A stretch of 64,000 bases of DNA from Eledone cirrhosa (Eukaryota). Positions 13,270-26,503 of this stretch are shown here, piece by piece. Below the pieces are notes generated by a model, which saw only the letters and a list, made by a program, of their open reading frames with translations, had not been told where the DNA came from and did not search any database. The stretch is taken from assembly GCA_964016885.1 (NCBI GenBank), contig OZ024740.1:427242001-427306000 (forward strand). Reading direction: 5' to 3'. The first letter of the stretch is position 1. Each line of letters opens with the position of its first letter. Both the position numbers and the translations under genes were made by a program.

Positions 13270-13700
13270 TATACCTTCCTGCCAGATGATTGAACGTCTG
13301 AAAGTATATACTTATATGTCAGTGTTGAACAAAAGGGCAACGATGGTTGCTAAACACTGTACGGCTTAATTCGGGATGTTTGTTTACAAAAAAAACGAGC
13401 ATTATAATAAATGCTCGGTAAATCCATACCTACATATATATATATGTGTGCATGTATGTATATATATACATACTACTGTACAGCTGTATACATATATGTA
13501 TGTACGTATACATACTTATATTTAAGTAACAGCCGTACTAAGAGTGAGAAATGAAATTTCGTTTCATTTTTTTCCATTTATCATTTTCGGTGCGCCTGGC
13601 CGATTAACTCACTCAACATGCAAATTAGGCTGCTCACCCGTTAATATGTATAAGGAAAGTATATACTTTCAGACGTTCAATCATCTGGCAGTAAAGTATA

Positions 13701-13741
13701 CGGTGCTGACGATAGCTAATAAGCTTGAAACTAGTACATCG
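13701..13741 (+). ncRNA. type I hammerhead ribozyme
   Basis: CGGUG CUGACGA uAGCU aaua AGCUu GAAA CUAG UA CAUCG: canonical core, 5-bp stem I, palindromic CUAG stem III. Confidence 0.85.
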
Positions 13742-13994
13742 TTCCTTTGTCAGTGTTGAACAAAAGGGCAACGATGGTTGCTAAACACTGTACGGCTTAA
13801 TTCGGGATGTCTGCTTACAAACAAACCGAGCATTATAATAAATGCTCGGCAAATCCATACGTACATATATAGATGTGTGCATGTATGTATATATATACAT
13901 ACTACTGTACGTCTGTATACATATATGTATGTACGTATACATACTTATATATATATATATATACATTTACATATAGGGAAAATATCAGGACCTC

Positions 13995-14114
13995 CACGGC
14001 TGAGCTCTGCCGTCGGGGTCTTGACTCTTTTCCTATTACCCATTCTACAACCCTAAGTATTGAGTACTCTGGTGCGTTATGGTCCACCTGTTATCTTACC
14101 ACACCCTCTTTGTT
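13995..14114 (+). mobile_element. 3' fragment of the 57-59 kb hammerhead family
   Basis: ACGGCTGAGCTCTGCCGTCGGGGTC...TGGTGCGTTATGGTCCACCTG matches 59030-59146 and the reverse complement of ~57105-57220; ends in (TA)n. Confidence 0.75.
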
Positions 14115-14759
14115 ATATATATGTATACATATATATGTACTTATACACACACACACACATATATATATATATAAATATATATATATATAAATATATAAAT
14201 ATATATGCACACACAAACGCACACATATATATGTGTAAGCGCGTGTGTGCGTAACGAACGCATACGAAAGTATTTTTTACGAAACGCTGCACCAATTTTA
14301 TCGTTTTATGTAATTATGAAGAATTGAAAATAATCAATTCATCGATCAATGAGTGGTTTTCGATTTTAATTTTTGTTTCATTTATTTCTCTTTTTTTTTT
14401 TCTTTTTTTTTTAGTCTGTGTATTTCAGCTAAGTGGTAAAAATATCAACAAGAACAACAATAAAAATGGCGGATATAAACTTCTCTTATCTTCCTGATAA
14501 CACTCTTAAGAAACTCACTACATTGCTACTTGAAGTATTTTTAAAACATTAATTTGCTAAAAAGAACTCGGGTTATTAACAAATTAACTAACACAAAAAT
14601 TTGCAAATCAATATTTCTTTAAACATGACAATTTGGCTGGTCTGTTTCTCCCAGTCTCTCCCACACTTCCCAACTATATCTCATTTTCTCATAAGTGTAT
14701 GAGGTGTGAATGTTGCTAAGCGCATGCGTATCAATGTATGTGTTTGTAAAAGTGCCTAC

Positions 14760-14946
14760 GTATATATGTATGTATGTATATATATATATGTATAAATGTA
14801 TGTACGTATGTATGTATGCATGAATGTATGTATGTATGTATGTTTCAATGTTTGTGTGTATGTATGCAAGTATGTATGCATGTATATGTGTATGTATATT
14901 TTTGTGTTTCTATGTATGTATGCATGTATGTATGTTTGTATGCATG

Positions 14947-14990
<44 letters not shown>

Positions 14991-15370
14991 TGTATGTATA
15001 CATATACATATGTATGTATGTATGCATGTATGTATGCATTATGTATGCATATATGTATGCATGTATGTATGTATGTTTTAATGTGGGTATGCATGTATGT
15101 ATGTATGCATGTACGAATGCATGCACCGTTAATGTGTATGTATGTATATTTGTATCTATGCACTATGTATGTATATGTGTATGTACGTATGCATATATGT
15201 ATGTTTGTATATGTATGCATATATGTATATATATATATGAATGTATGTATGTATATATGTATGTATGTATGTTTCAATGTATGTTTGTATGTATGCATGT
15301 GTATATAAATATATGTATGTATATATATATGTATGTATATATGTACATATGTATGTATGTATGCATGTCA
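14760..15370. repeat. degenerate (TATG)n/(TA)n microsatellite field
   Basis: Directly visible. Confidence 0.9.
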
Positions 15371-15584
15371 GTATGTATATGGGTCTTTATGCGTCTGTTT
15401 CGGTGCACGTGTGATGTGTGTGAATGTCTCTAAAACTGAAGAATCAATACAATTTTAACATTAAATTTCATTGACCTCCTCTTTCTTTCGTCAACTCTCT
15501 CATTGAATCATCTATGTCTTCCCCCTTACTATATCCCCCCTCTCTCTTTCTCTTTACCAATATCTCTCTCTCTCTCTCTCTCCT

Positions 15585-15645
<61 letters not shown>

Positions 15646-15734
15646 CATATGCATAAGAGTGGTTGTGTATAGTTGTATCTACGTAATCAGCATTTCTCAC
15701 CATATATATTTATATATATATATTTATATATTTA

Positions 15735-15777
<43 letters not shown>

Positions 15778-16536
15778 TAGATATTTGTGAATTTTTTCAA
15801 TCTCTGCCCATATCTTTTAGAATCTCTCTCTCCCGCTCTCAGTCTCTCTCTCTCTCTCTCTCTCTTTCACTTGCTCTACAGTAGCTCTCTATCATTCATC
15901 CCTCTATCTTTTATCTAATTAATTCGTGTCTCTCTTTACGTTTTTATCCCCCCACCCCACCCCATTCATACGCCCCAGACACCATCACCACCACCACACC
16001 ATCACCACCACCACCACCTTATGCACAGTTCACTGATTTTTTTTTTTGTTTCGTTTTTATTATTATTTTCTTCTTTTGTCTCTAACTCTTTCCTCTTGTC
16101 TCAACATTTTTCCTTTTGTTTTTTTCTTAATCTCTTAACGGCAATTTTTGCTTCGTCATTATTTCATTAATTCTTTCGGCTGTCTTCCATCTTTTTTACT
16201 CCAATCTCTCCAAGCTATGTCTTTCTATTTCTTGCTCAAACTTCCCACTTGCAACAAACATTTTCTCAACAATATTACATCTTTCTTTCTATATATCTAT
16301 CTGTCTGTCTAACTAGCTGCCTCTAGCTCAATCTCACTTTTTCTCATCCCACCTCTCTCGCTTTCTCTCACTATCGCCCTTTCTCTCTCTCTCTTTCTCT
16401 CTCACGCACACTCTCTTTTTCTAAATATGTATAATGTATATATATATATATACACATATATGTATGTGTGTGTATATATATATAAATATATATATATAAA
16501 CGGAAAAAATTGAACGAAATTGTACATACTTGTACT

Positions 16537-16601
<65 letters not shown>

Positions 16602-16673
16602 ATGTATATGTATGTATATATATATATATATATATTTATATGTATTTATATGTATGTATGTATGTATGTATCC

Positions 16674-16714
<41 letters not shown>

Positions 16715-17027
16715 GTAGACTTTACAATACAATGAGAGGAAACATAATATTACAGCTGATGAGGTTGCAGATGTGTGAAGAAACAACTTTGATAGACTAT
16801 ATATATATATATATATATTTTTAACCGTTGGTCAAACAATGATAAACATTAATTGCCAAATAAATTAACTATGGAGATATAAAAGATAGAGAAGCGAAAA
16901 CCAACCCAAACCAAACAGTGGGTGTGTTATGTTATTATTTCTGGCAATATTATAACAATATGACCCTCCCCAAGTATAACAATATATGTTTCAATACACG
17001 ATTTCATATAAAAAAAAAGTTGCGGCC

Positions 17028-17075
<48 letters not shown>

Positions 17076-17224
17076 TATGCTTTGGGAGGGTCATGTTGCC
17101 AATAGGAAACACACGCACCAGTTGCTTTCACTCCAATTTATTATAAATTAAATTTATAAATTTAAGAATTTATAAATTTCCGGTTGGTTGGTTGGTTCCA
17201 CAACCGGACGGTTGTTCATATATT

Positions 17225-17267
17225 GTCAAAGTTCTTTCGTCACACCTTCTCTGACCTCTTCAGTGAC
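17225..17267 (-). ncRNA. hammerhead ribozyme (inverted copy)
   Basis: Reverse complement of 17403-17445 with stem II changes. Confidence 0.65.
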
Positions 17268-17402
17268 TGGGGATTATTTTCTTTGTTTTGTGCCCATCCT
17301 TTATTCTGTCCTACGCCATCTTTGTTCTGTCCTACGCCATCAAAAACAAGATGGCGTAGGACAGAACAAAGGAGAGGCACAGAACAAAGAAAAGAATCCC
17401 CA

Positions 17403-17445
17403 GTCACTGAAGAGGTCACAGAATATGTGACGAAAGAACTTTGAC
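17403..17445 (+). ncRNA. type I hammerhead ribozyme
   Basis: GUCA CUGAAGA gGUCACA gaaua UGUGAC GAAA GAAC UU UGAC. Confidence 0.75.
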
Positions 17446-17800
17446 AATATATGAACAACCGTCCGGTTATGGAACCAACCAACCAACCGGAAATTTATAA
17501 ATTCTTAAATTTATAAATTTAATTTATAATAAATTGGAGTAAAAGCACTGGTGCGTGTGTTTGTTATTGGCAACATGACCCTCCCAAAACATACCAATAT
17601 CAGTTTCAACACACGTTTACAGATAAAGAATCTTGCTAAACAAATTCAGAAACGAAATATATATATATATATACACATAAATGAGACCATTACTGTTGCA
17701 ATCTGCCGACAAAGTACTGTGCAAACACCTTGAACTGAACGTAGACCGCGTACACTCTTTAACTCGACAAACTGAACACGTACTACAACAGTCAGCTATA

Positions 17801-17896
<96 letters not shown>

Positions 17897-17975
17897 CTAT
17901 CTATCTGTATGTACATAAACCCTTTTTGTACAGCCGACCATGTTATTCTTCACTCTTTCCCTATATATATATATA

Positions 17976-18328
17976 CTAGCTGACCTACCCAAATTCTCCC
18001 GGGTAAACAGATGATAATAGAAGACAGGTAAAAAAGAAAATGACTATTGGATGTTTGGTTACAGTATGAGGCGAGTCCGTGGTGTCTGTGTGATACAAAA
18101 AACAGTAAAAAAAATCTTCCAGATATACCAGATTCTTCGTTGTACCGTTTGTGCATAGTATATGAGCAATTCTAGGTGCTCCCACCTAGAATAGTGACCT
18201 CTAGGAGTTGGTTCCTCTTCTGTCTGACTGTAAAACGTGTATCATTGCATAGACGTGGTTGTTCCACGTTTCTCAACAGGATGATGGAAGTTCCAATCTT
18301 TTATATTATATGTAGATATAGATATAGA
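17976..18328 (-). mobile_element. Non-autonomous Helitron, internally deleted relative of 11255-11846
   Basis: Same CTAG|T end with subterminal hairpin ACCCGG..TTGGGT; same 5' junction into KIGTSIILLRNVEQPRLCNDT helicase sequence. Confidence 0.8.
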
Positions 18329-18331
18329 TAA

Positions 18332-18493
18332 TTAATATAAAAGATGATGCTCAGCCAGTTCGTCTTCAACCATTGCAGCACGCCGTCGCTGCTTGGCTCC
18401 GGTGTTTCTTTGGCGTTGTTCAGCCAGCTCCTCTTCATTCATGGCGGCTGAAGTTCGGCGTTCCGATGGCGCTGTTCGGTCCGTTTTTCTTCA
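18332..18493 (-). pseudogene. Helitron RepHel N-terminal fragment with STPR-like 23-aa repeat
   Basis: GC-rich 54-codon frame MRKTDRTAPSERRTS-AAMNEEELAEQRQRNTGAKQRRR-AAMVEDELAE; repeat period exactly 23 aa; adjacent to a Helitron. Confidence 0.6.
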
Positions 18494-18988
18494 TTCCTGG
18501 CGGCACGCCCTCGCCGCTGTAGTTTACTGTTTGATTAAGTCGAATTGCTTTTATTATCAGTATTCATTTCGAGCAATTGTCAAAAAATGACACAATAATA
18601 AATATAAAAGATGTCTGTCAATGTAAAAAAAGGTCCCTATTTACTCCCTTCACAACTCTGAGTATGTTAGACTGACAGACAGGCACACAGACAGATAAAC
18701 TGGGTGGCGATTGTGGAACACCCCACTTACACACACATACACGCAGGGAAACGTGCACACGCACGCACACAAATATAAACATACGCGAACGTACATACAC
18801 ACGCACACATGGTAATAGTTACAGCGTTCAATTAGCTCTCTGTTTCTTACTCTCCCCTCTCACTCCCTCATTGGCGTTGTGCATATTAATTTAAGTTTGG
18901 TGTCGTTGAGGTGGGCGGAGTCGTTTGAAACCTATGAACAAATGATAATCGAGAATTATGACACTCGGAATACTGACATTGTTGAAAT

Positions 18989-19022
<34 letters not shown>

Positions 19023-19029
19023 ACAGGGA

Positions 19030-19203
19030 GAAAGAGACGTTTATTAGGAAGAAAAATATATTTTTTCCCCTTTATATATATATAATCGTTTTCTTCTCCC
19101 TATGTATATATATATATATATATAGGGAGAAGAAAACGATTATATATATATATATATATAAAGGGAAAAAAAATATTTTTCTTCCTAATAATCGTCTCTT
19201 TCT
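19030..19203. repeat. inverted repeat centred on (TA)n
   Basis: AAGAGACG..TATTAGGAAGAAAAATA..AATCGTTTTCTTCTCCCTAT mirrored across a central TA run. Confidence 0.85.
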
Positions 19204-19384
19204 GGTTTTTTCCCTGGGTTTCACAAAATCTGTGGATAAAATCTGTGTCTTGATTTTTTTAAAATTGAGTTTGAATTATTTTCCCATATCTTACGTTAAT
19301 TATTTTCCATTTTGACGTTATAGTCACTTATATATTATGAAATACTGTTGGCTTCTTGCTCACAATAATTTTTATATTTTCATT

Positions 19385-19439
<55 letters not shown>

Positions 19440-19468
19440 CAACTCGTGTGTTCCTTCTCCACATTTTA

Positions 19469-19510
<42 letters not shown>

Positions 19511-19864
19511 TATGTGTGTGTGTTCGTGTTGTTATTCTTCCGAGGAACTGGAATAGGATGGTTCCAGTTCCTCGGAGGAATAACAACACACCCAGGAGCT
19601 GGACATATCGAAGTAATTACGGAGTAAAACACACTGCAACAACATGTGTACCAGTCTTTTCCACACCAGTTTGGTCTGCCTGAAGTGGCCACAGCCAATG
19701 ATGGCTGTCACTGAAATATATATGACAGTAAACTTTAATTTATAATAAACGAAGCCAAATTTTACATATTCGTCATAATTATTTTACATTACTTCGGAGT
19801 AAACAAACCAACCTGCGTACTTCGTCAAGTGCTCCAATCTGCACACTGAGGTGTCGGTAAATAA

Positions 19865-19948
<84 letters not shown>

Positions 19949-20159
19949 TTTACGTATCGAGAAAGAGAAAAAAAGGGGGGATAGGTGATACATATAGTTA
20001 TTTGCCAAGTAGCGTACGCCAAAGTTGCTCGATACTAGTGCCGGCAGTATTAAATATTCGAAGTGTTAATATTTAGTGGGCTAGAGAGTTAGCAAAGAGT
20101 AAGCACGTGGGAAAGTAAAAAATCGGAGAATAGACCGTTAAAACATGTTTATTTAAAAC

Positions 20160-20202
20160 ATCACCTACGTACGTTTCGCCCAGTTGGGCTTCTCAAGGGC
20201 AT
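20160..20202 (-). ncRNA. hammerhead ribozyme, U3/A8 variant (inverted copy)
   Basis: Reverse complement of 20911-20953. Confidence 0.75.
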
Positions 20203-20910
20203 AAATAATCACAAGTGTTCCTTATATTGCTCGGAAAGAGTTTTTGGGGTTAAATCCACATCAAGGTTCATTGCTCGCAAAAATATCTTGTTTTGATTTT
20301 GCAGCAGGTAAAGGGAGGTAACTCTGGCCGTTTGTCTGAGGCTGGGTCTGGTATGCAAGGATTGTTTTCTGGGTGTTATTTTGCAGAGCCTGCCCGCCGG
20401 GGTGTTAAGACTTGTTGCAGGGAGATCCAGTGTACTATTTCACTCTTCATCCTTAACCCATCTGAAGAAGGATATTTTTAAGCGATGTGTACAACTTATC
20501 GCTGTTTCAGCTCTGCTGTTGATGAGCTCGTGGGGTGCAGTTATGATGTGGTAGAGCTCCATGAGGCAAAGATCACATTTCCTCTTGAAGTTGTACGGTG
20601 CAGCCCTGCCGACAATCTCCCAGTGCGTGGAGAAACTGATGTTTAAGTCCTTTACACCCCGGCGGGCAGGCGCTGCAAAATAACACCCAGAAAACAATCC
20701 TTGTATACCAGACCCAGCCTCAGACAAACGGATGCAGCAAAAAAAAAAAAAAAGATTTGTCCGGGAAAGACTGCCCTAACACCGGCCAGAGTTACCTCCC
20801 TGGACCTGCTGCAAAATCAAAACAAGATATTTTTGCGAGCAATGAACCTTGATGTGGATTTAACCCCCAAAACTCTTTCCGAGCAATATAAGGAACACTT
20901 GTGATTATTT

Positions 20911-20953
20911 ATGCCCTTGAGAAGCCCAACTGGGCGAAACGTACGTAGGTGAT
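20911..20953 (+). ncRNA. hammerhead ribozyme, U3/A8 variant
   Basis: cc UUGAGAA GCCC aacu GGGC GAAA CGUACG UA gg; palindromic stem III. Confidence 0.8.
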
Positions 20954-21006
20954 ATTTTAAATAAACATGTTTTAACGGTCTATTCTCCGATTTTTTACTT
21001 TCCCAC

Positions 21007-21105
<99 letters not shown>

Positions 21106-21164
21106 ATATATATATATATAGCGACGAAACATAAGTCAATTGCATGAACTCATAATCCTTTATT

Positions 21165-21222
21165 TACAGCTATATATATTTCGATGATAGCCATTGAATG
21201 GCTATGACCTCATCAGGCAGTT
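21165..21222 (-). ncRNA. type I hammerhead ribozyme
   Basis: Minus strand ACUGC CUGAUGA GGUcAUAGCCAU uca AUGGCUAUcAUC GAAA UAUAUA UA GCUGU, in an island between microsatellites. Confidence 0.7.
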
Positions 21223-21283
21223 AGTCGGTTCTTATATATGCCAGCTCTGTGTTTATGGTGTTGATGGTATCAGAGCCTTGGGA

Positions 21284-21357
<74 letters not shown>

Positions 21358-21425
21358 TACACACACACACACCGCTACTAGTGTTTCTTTATAGCTGCAC
21401 TCCAACCACGAAATTCGTTCTTATT

Positions 21426-21503
<78 letters not shown>

Positions 21504-22056
21504 TCACTTCTTTAAAACTCCTTTTACTCCTCAGCTACTGATCTTCATCTCTTACTGTTACACCTCTTTACCCTTCCTCCAACTGATACTATATTGCTTC
21601 TCTTTTACCCCCGCCCCCTTATATGTCCGCCATTCCTCTATCTCGACATTTCCTCATCTCCTGCTACCTCGTCTTCGTCACACTTTCTCTTCATAACTCT
21701 GTCGCTTTCATTAATTTAATTGTTAATAATGTCTGGCACACGATTTGCCTGAGAAATACACCACCTCCAGAAATTGGAATAACGTTGCTATGGAGTGCAA
21801 GTGTTGGCGGCGGCGGCGGCGGTGGTGGTGGTGGTGGTGGTGGGTGAGGCGGGAGTGTAAGAATGAAGATTGAAGTATTTTGGATGCGGTCGGTGCAGTG
21901 TTGTGTCATGTGGTATGGCTTGGTTTGGTCTGGTGTTACTAGGAGAGAAATATTGATTGGAAAGGTAACTCTTGCCAAAATAATTACTAAGTCGACTTGC
22001 CAAAACCACTGCGAAAGAACTGACTATGAACCCAGCATACGACCAACACCAGCGAT

Positions 22057-22097
<41 letters not shown>

Positions 22098-22172
22098 TAT
22101 TATTATGATCATACACTTCTTCTCCCTCCCCTTCTTCTTTTATCACCCCATATTCCTCTTTGTCTCCATCAC

Positions 22173-22216
<44 letters not shown>

Positions 22217-22632
22217 CCTTTCATCATGATCATCATCCCCATCGTCATCATCATCCCCATCGTCATCATCATCACCATCATCATCACCACCATCATCATC
22301 ACCATCATCATCACCACCATCATCACCATCAACGTCATCTTCACCATCACCATCATCATCATCATCATCATCATCATCACCATCACCATCATAATTAACA
22401 TAATCATCGTCATCATCATTATTATCACCATCACCCCCACCACCACCATCATCATCAACATCATCACCACCACTAGCACCACCAAACAACCCCCACCCCA
22501 CCACACCCATCACCATCATCGTTACCATCATCATCACTGCCACCACCACCAACATCTGCATCATCATCATCAACCTCCACATCCTCATTATCATCACCAC
22601 TACCACTATCATCATCATCATCATCATTATTA
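22057..22632. repeat. (CAT/CAC)n trinucleotide field
   Basis: Directly visible. Confidence 0.9.
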
Positions 22633-22764
22633 TCTTCAACAACAACATTAACGAAAGCAACGACCGTTTTGCTAACCCTTCATCTGACAAAAGTACCACT
22701 TGCCGCCATTAAAGTTTAATGTAAATACTATTCACAATCCGAACCCTAATATTACTACTACTAT

Positions 22765-22817
<53 letters not shown>

Positions 22818-22826
22818 CCACAACAA

Positions 22827-23060
22827 ATGGCCTAGTGGTAAGGGTGTTGGACTTATGTTGTCTTGGGTTAGATTCCTGGACTGGGTTTCCTCGATTGTGT
22901 CCTTGAGTAAAACATTTCGTTTCACCTTGCTCCGTGAATTCTCAATGTACTCAGAAAAGAAGTACCAGCAATAGCTGTGGATTTAACCCTGATATGGACT
23001 AGCGTCCTGTCCATGGGGTAGTCTTGTATTCTCAGTCGCTTAACACCACGGATACCGAAA
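22827..23060 (+). mobile_element. tRNA-derived SINE, family B-like (decayed)
   Basis: TGGCCTAGTGGTAAG A box, GATTCC B box, GTGTCCTTGAG core shared with 43418-43750. Confidence 0.65.
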
Positions 23061-23477
23061 TTAACACCTCATGAGTCTCATTTTTCAACATAGACTTTAG
23101 ACTTTTAGACATTCAAGGAAGACGGTGGTCAGAGTAAAATGACCACATCAGTATTTCTTCAGAGAAATACAATGCCAAGGATATACATGATATAGTAGAA
23201 TATTCGTTCTGAAAATGCAATAATGTTTTGAGATCTAAATTTATGTTAATTCTACCTTTTGGGGTGCTGCAAAATATGCAACCAATAATATACTGCGATT
23301 GATTCGATGCATGATAGTCTCTTTATGAAAACCTGCAATGTGTCTAGTCACACAAGGGAATGGACTATGCCCATTGTGGTAGCCAAAGGTGTGATGGAGT
23401 TAAGGATTCTCTCAACACTACCTTGTAATGAGATTTAATAAGAATGAAATAAATATTGTTTATTATTCATTCTTATC

Positions 23478-23690
23478 AGGACAGTAGATTGGCAGTATCG
23501 GTAGAGGGTCGGACGCCATGGTTTGCAGTATAGAGTTACGGCCCTTTATGATCTGAGTTCAAATCCCGCAGAGGTTAACTTTGCCTTTCATCCTTACGGG
23601 GTAGATAAAATAAAGTACTAGTCACGTACTGGGGTCGATTTAATCGACTTTTCCCAAAATTGCTGGTCTTGTGCCTAAATAAGAAACCAT
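23478..23690 (+). mobile_element. SINE family A with 16-bp TSD
   Basis: TSD ATTATTCATTCTTATC at 23462-23477 and 23689-23704. Confidence 0.9.
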
Positions 23691-25063
23691 TATTCATTCT
23701 TATCCAGAAACTATGTAATATGACAGCTGCAGCTTAAAAAAGGTATGTCACCCCCACATGGTATTTAGAATGCGTGGATGGTTGTGTCGAAGGAGTGTGA
23801 TTCAGGAAGATGTCTTCGATCTATAGTGTCCCCATACTGGTATTTAGAGCAGGAAATATGAATGTTGTCTGAGGTAGGCATTATGTATGATGTCTTGGTT
23901 CTAGTAGCAAATTTAGTTTGTAATTGATTTTGTTCAATGAATTGTATCTACGTACACATTTTGCGTTATTTACATACGTAATTGTCTGGAATAGTTAAAA
24001 CAAGAAGCTTTGATTAATATTTCCTCTCTCATCGTGAAATCACTTCTAATTGCCTTAAATTCCCCCTGTCTTAAACATAGTAGCACGAACCATATTAGAT
24101 AACTTACTATTGTGAATTAACATCAAATCCTTCCGGCTTTTAGATTGCGTCCTACTTCTTCTGCGAGGGTAAATCAGAACAAAATACCAATTATATTTTC
24201 ACTTGTTCCAAATAATATTTATACTTTCATTTCGTTACTAGACTACATCACCCTCATTACTTTGTCTAGTATATAATTAATAGATTTCTATTTATCTAAT
24301 GCCTAACTACCCAATACCTAAATAACACAAGATGCAAGGTTCTCAGATTAAACTTAGAATCACAGGGCTTCAAAATATATTTATTAACTTACATATTTGT
24401 ATTTTCTCTGTAAAGATTTCGACTCTTGGTGAATCAAAGTCAAATATTTTCTTGTGGAACATATCATAGATAGAGTTTCTGATCGACGGAAAATAAAATA
24501 TCTAAAATTACAACAACGAGAATCACGAGGGCGACGAGAAGACGACGACTACTACAATAGGAAAGGAATGAAAACAGAAGCGATTTACGAAACAAAAAGA
24601 AGTATAATCTATATATCTAAAACAGTGAATGTCTGTCTGTCTGTCCGATCACTAAAGCTCGAGAACCACCCAACCGATTGTTTTCGAACTTTACACATGT
24701 AATAATTATGGTCGTGTGAGTGTTTTGAGCAAAAAACTTTCAAATTTTCAATGCCCTAGGGACCGCAGTAGGCGATTTAGCGATCTCTCTCTCTTAGTCT
24801 ATCTCTTTTTAGATAGATACATAGATACAATGTTGCGCCATAATAATATCTGTCTGTATGCCTGTCTGTCTGCATTACGACATTATGACGTAGCTGTGTG
24901 TGTGTGTATATATGTATATATAGTGTGTGTATATATAGATATATAGTGTGTAACGTTTTTCGAAATATTTACTCCTGCTTTCACAGATTGATTTTTTATT
25001 TTAGTTTCAGAAGATCTCGTTAAGGGTGAAAGCACACCGATTCTTTGCTTAAACTTTAATCTG

Positions 25064-25178
<115 letters not shown>

Positions 25179-25304
25179 GTGGTTGATTATGGTAATTGGG
25201 AGAGGAAATGGTGTATATATATTATCAAATGATTCTAGGGACATACTTTATGGTATATATATATATAATTATATATTCGTGTACAGATATTTTTGCATAC
25301 ACAA

Positions 25305-26255
25305 TCTATATATATAAAACTGTGGTTGTCTGTCTGTCTATCGATTTTTGGCACACATCTCCTCTTAGAATCTCTCACGGAATTGCACCGAAATTGCTAT
25401 ACTTGTACATTGAGCCCTAGCGAAGACATCGGAAAAAAAAAATTTCAAATTGACCCACCCTATGTGACGAAATCGAATATAATGTATCGATTTTTGAGCG
25501 TAAGTGATCAGTTATTTCCCTTTGTTCTGTTTACATTGAGCGTCTTACGTAAAAAATTACGCTGGCTTTAACAGTTGTCGAGCCAGCAAAATATTGACCT
25601 GCAAAATGCATCAGTTCGAACACTAAGCTTCCGTTTTGCTTCATTACCATTTAAAAGCATTTTAAAACAATATTTTTACTTGAAAACAAGTCTATTTAAA
25701 GACTACGTAAAACAAGCAAATATTTCGTCGTTAGGCGTGCAGACAGACAGTCGCGCAGACAGACAATCGTGCAGAGAGGTGATATACGCGTGCAGACAGA
25801 CAGTCGTGCAGAGAGGTGATATAGGCGTGCAGACAGACAGTCGTGCAGAGAGGTGATATAGGCGTGCAGACAGACAGTCGTGCAGAGAGGTGATATAGGC
25901 GTGCAGACAGACAGTCGTGCAGAGAGGTGATATAGGCGTGCAGACAGACATAACTGATAATTTGGTTACGCTAATGTTTTTCTCTGCGTTGCAGTGTTTA
26001 CATTTTCGATCTTTGTTAATAAATAACCAGTGCAGTTTCTATCCCCAGCATCCTCTTTTGTTATAACATTCGGGTTATCGTTATGTTTTCTTAACTTCAT
26101 AAGGCATATTGTTGGTTGAGGGAATATTAATCAAAAACACCACATGCAAGTCTGCACAGTAGACACTACAGTTTTTAAGCCAAGAAAGAAACTTAACATT
26201 GTAACTTTAACACAGCTACTGAGCGACCCCGAGCAACGCGGGGCTTTACTGCTAG
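25305..26255 (+). mobile_element. Non-autonomous Helitron (nested)
   Basis: A|TCTATATATATAAAA start; hairpin CCCCG agcaacg CGGGG; CTAG|T end; no TSD; empty-site paralogue at 26540/26541. Confidence 0.88.
25733..25950 (+). repeat. 37-bp minisatellite inside the Helitron
   Basis: Unit ATAGGCGTGCAGACAGACAGTCGTGCAGAGAGGTGAT, about 5-6 copies. Confidence 0.9.
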
Positions 26256-26408
26256 TAATAGAATATAAACAAAGGTATTTATTTCACGATAAAGTATTGA
26301 TTTTCTTCGCACGGAAAAAATTCCTGGTAATCTACGACGAATTTCTTTTATAAGCACAACATGTAGACACCATCCCGAGGCCGAGGTATTCCGAACTTCT
26401 CTGTACTG

Positions 26409-26503
<95 letters not shown>

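Larger units (their letters stand above)
12958..13950. mobile_element. Fold-back insertion of a non-coding 431-nt hammerhead-containing tandem unit (retrozyme/PLE-like)
   Basis: Minus arm 12958-13311; plus arm 13318-13950 with a direct repeat of period 431 (GTCAGTGTTGAAC at 13318 and 13749); both outer ends run into (TA)n. Confidence 0.75.
17072..17657. mobile_element. Penelope-like pseudo-LTR fold-back (same family as 55037-56425), no ORF
   Basis: ~270-bp inverted arms meeting near 17340-17347; (TA)n on both flanks; an extra plus-strand 3' end at ~16950-17030. Confidence 0.85.
19946..21008 (-). mobile_element. 5'-truncated Penelope-like element with inverted pLTR
   Basis: Minus-strand GIY-YIG C-terminus WEIVGRAAPY..KCDLCLMELYHII..LINSRAE..SCTH (~20458-20640); arms ~20105-20406 and ~20653-21008 inverted; (TA)n on both flanks. 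Confidence 0.85.

Noticed and set aside
14756-15433. YI/CV/HT-rich ORFs here and throughout
   Set aside because: Translations of TA, TG and TATG microsatellites.
16755-16790. CTGATGAG..GAAAC hammerhead-like string (similar strings at ~12405 and ~59228, minus)
   Set aside because: Stem II or the GAAA/stem III cannot be formed convincingly; possibly decayed copies.
22024-22699. Poly-His/Asp/Met ORFs
   Set aside because: (CAT)n microsatellite open in several frames; no domain or splice evidence.
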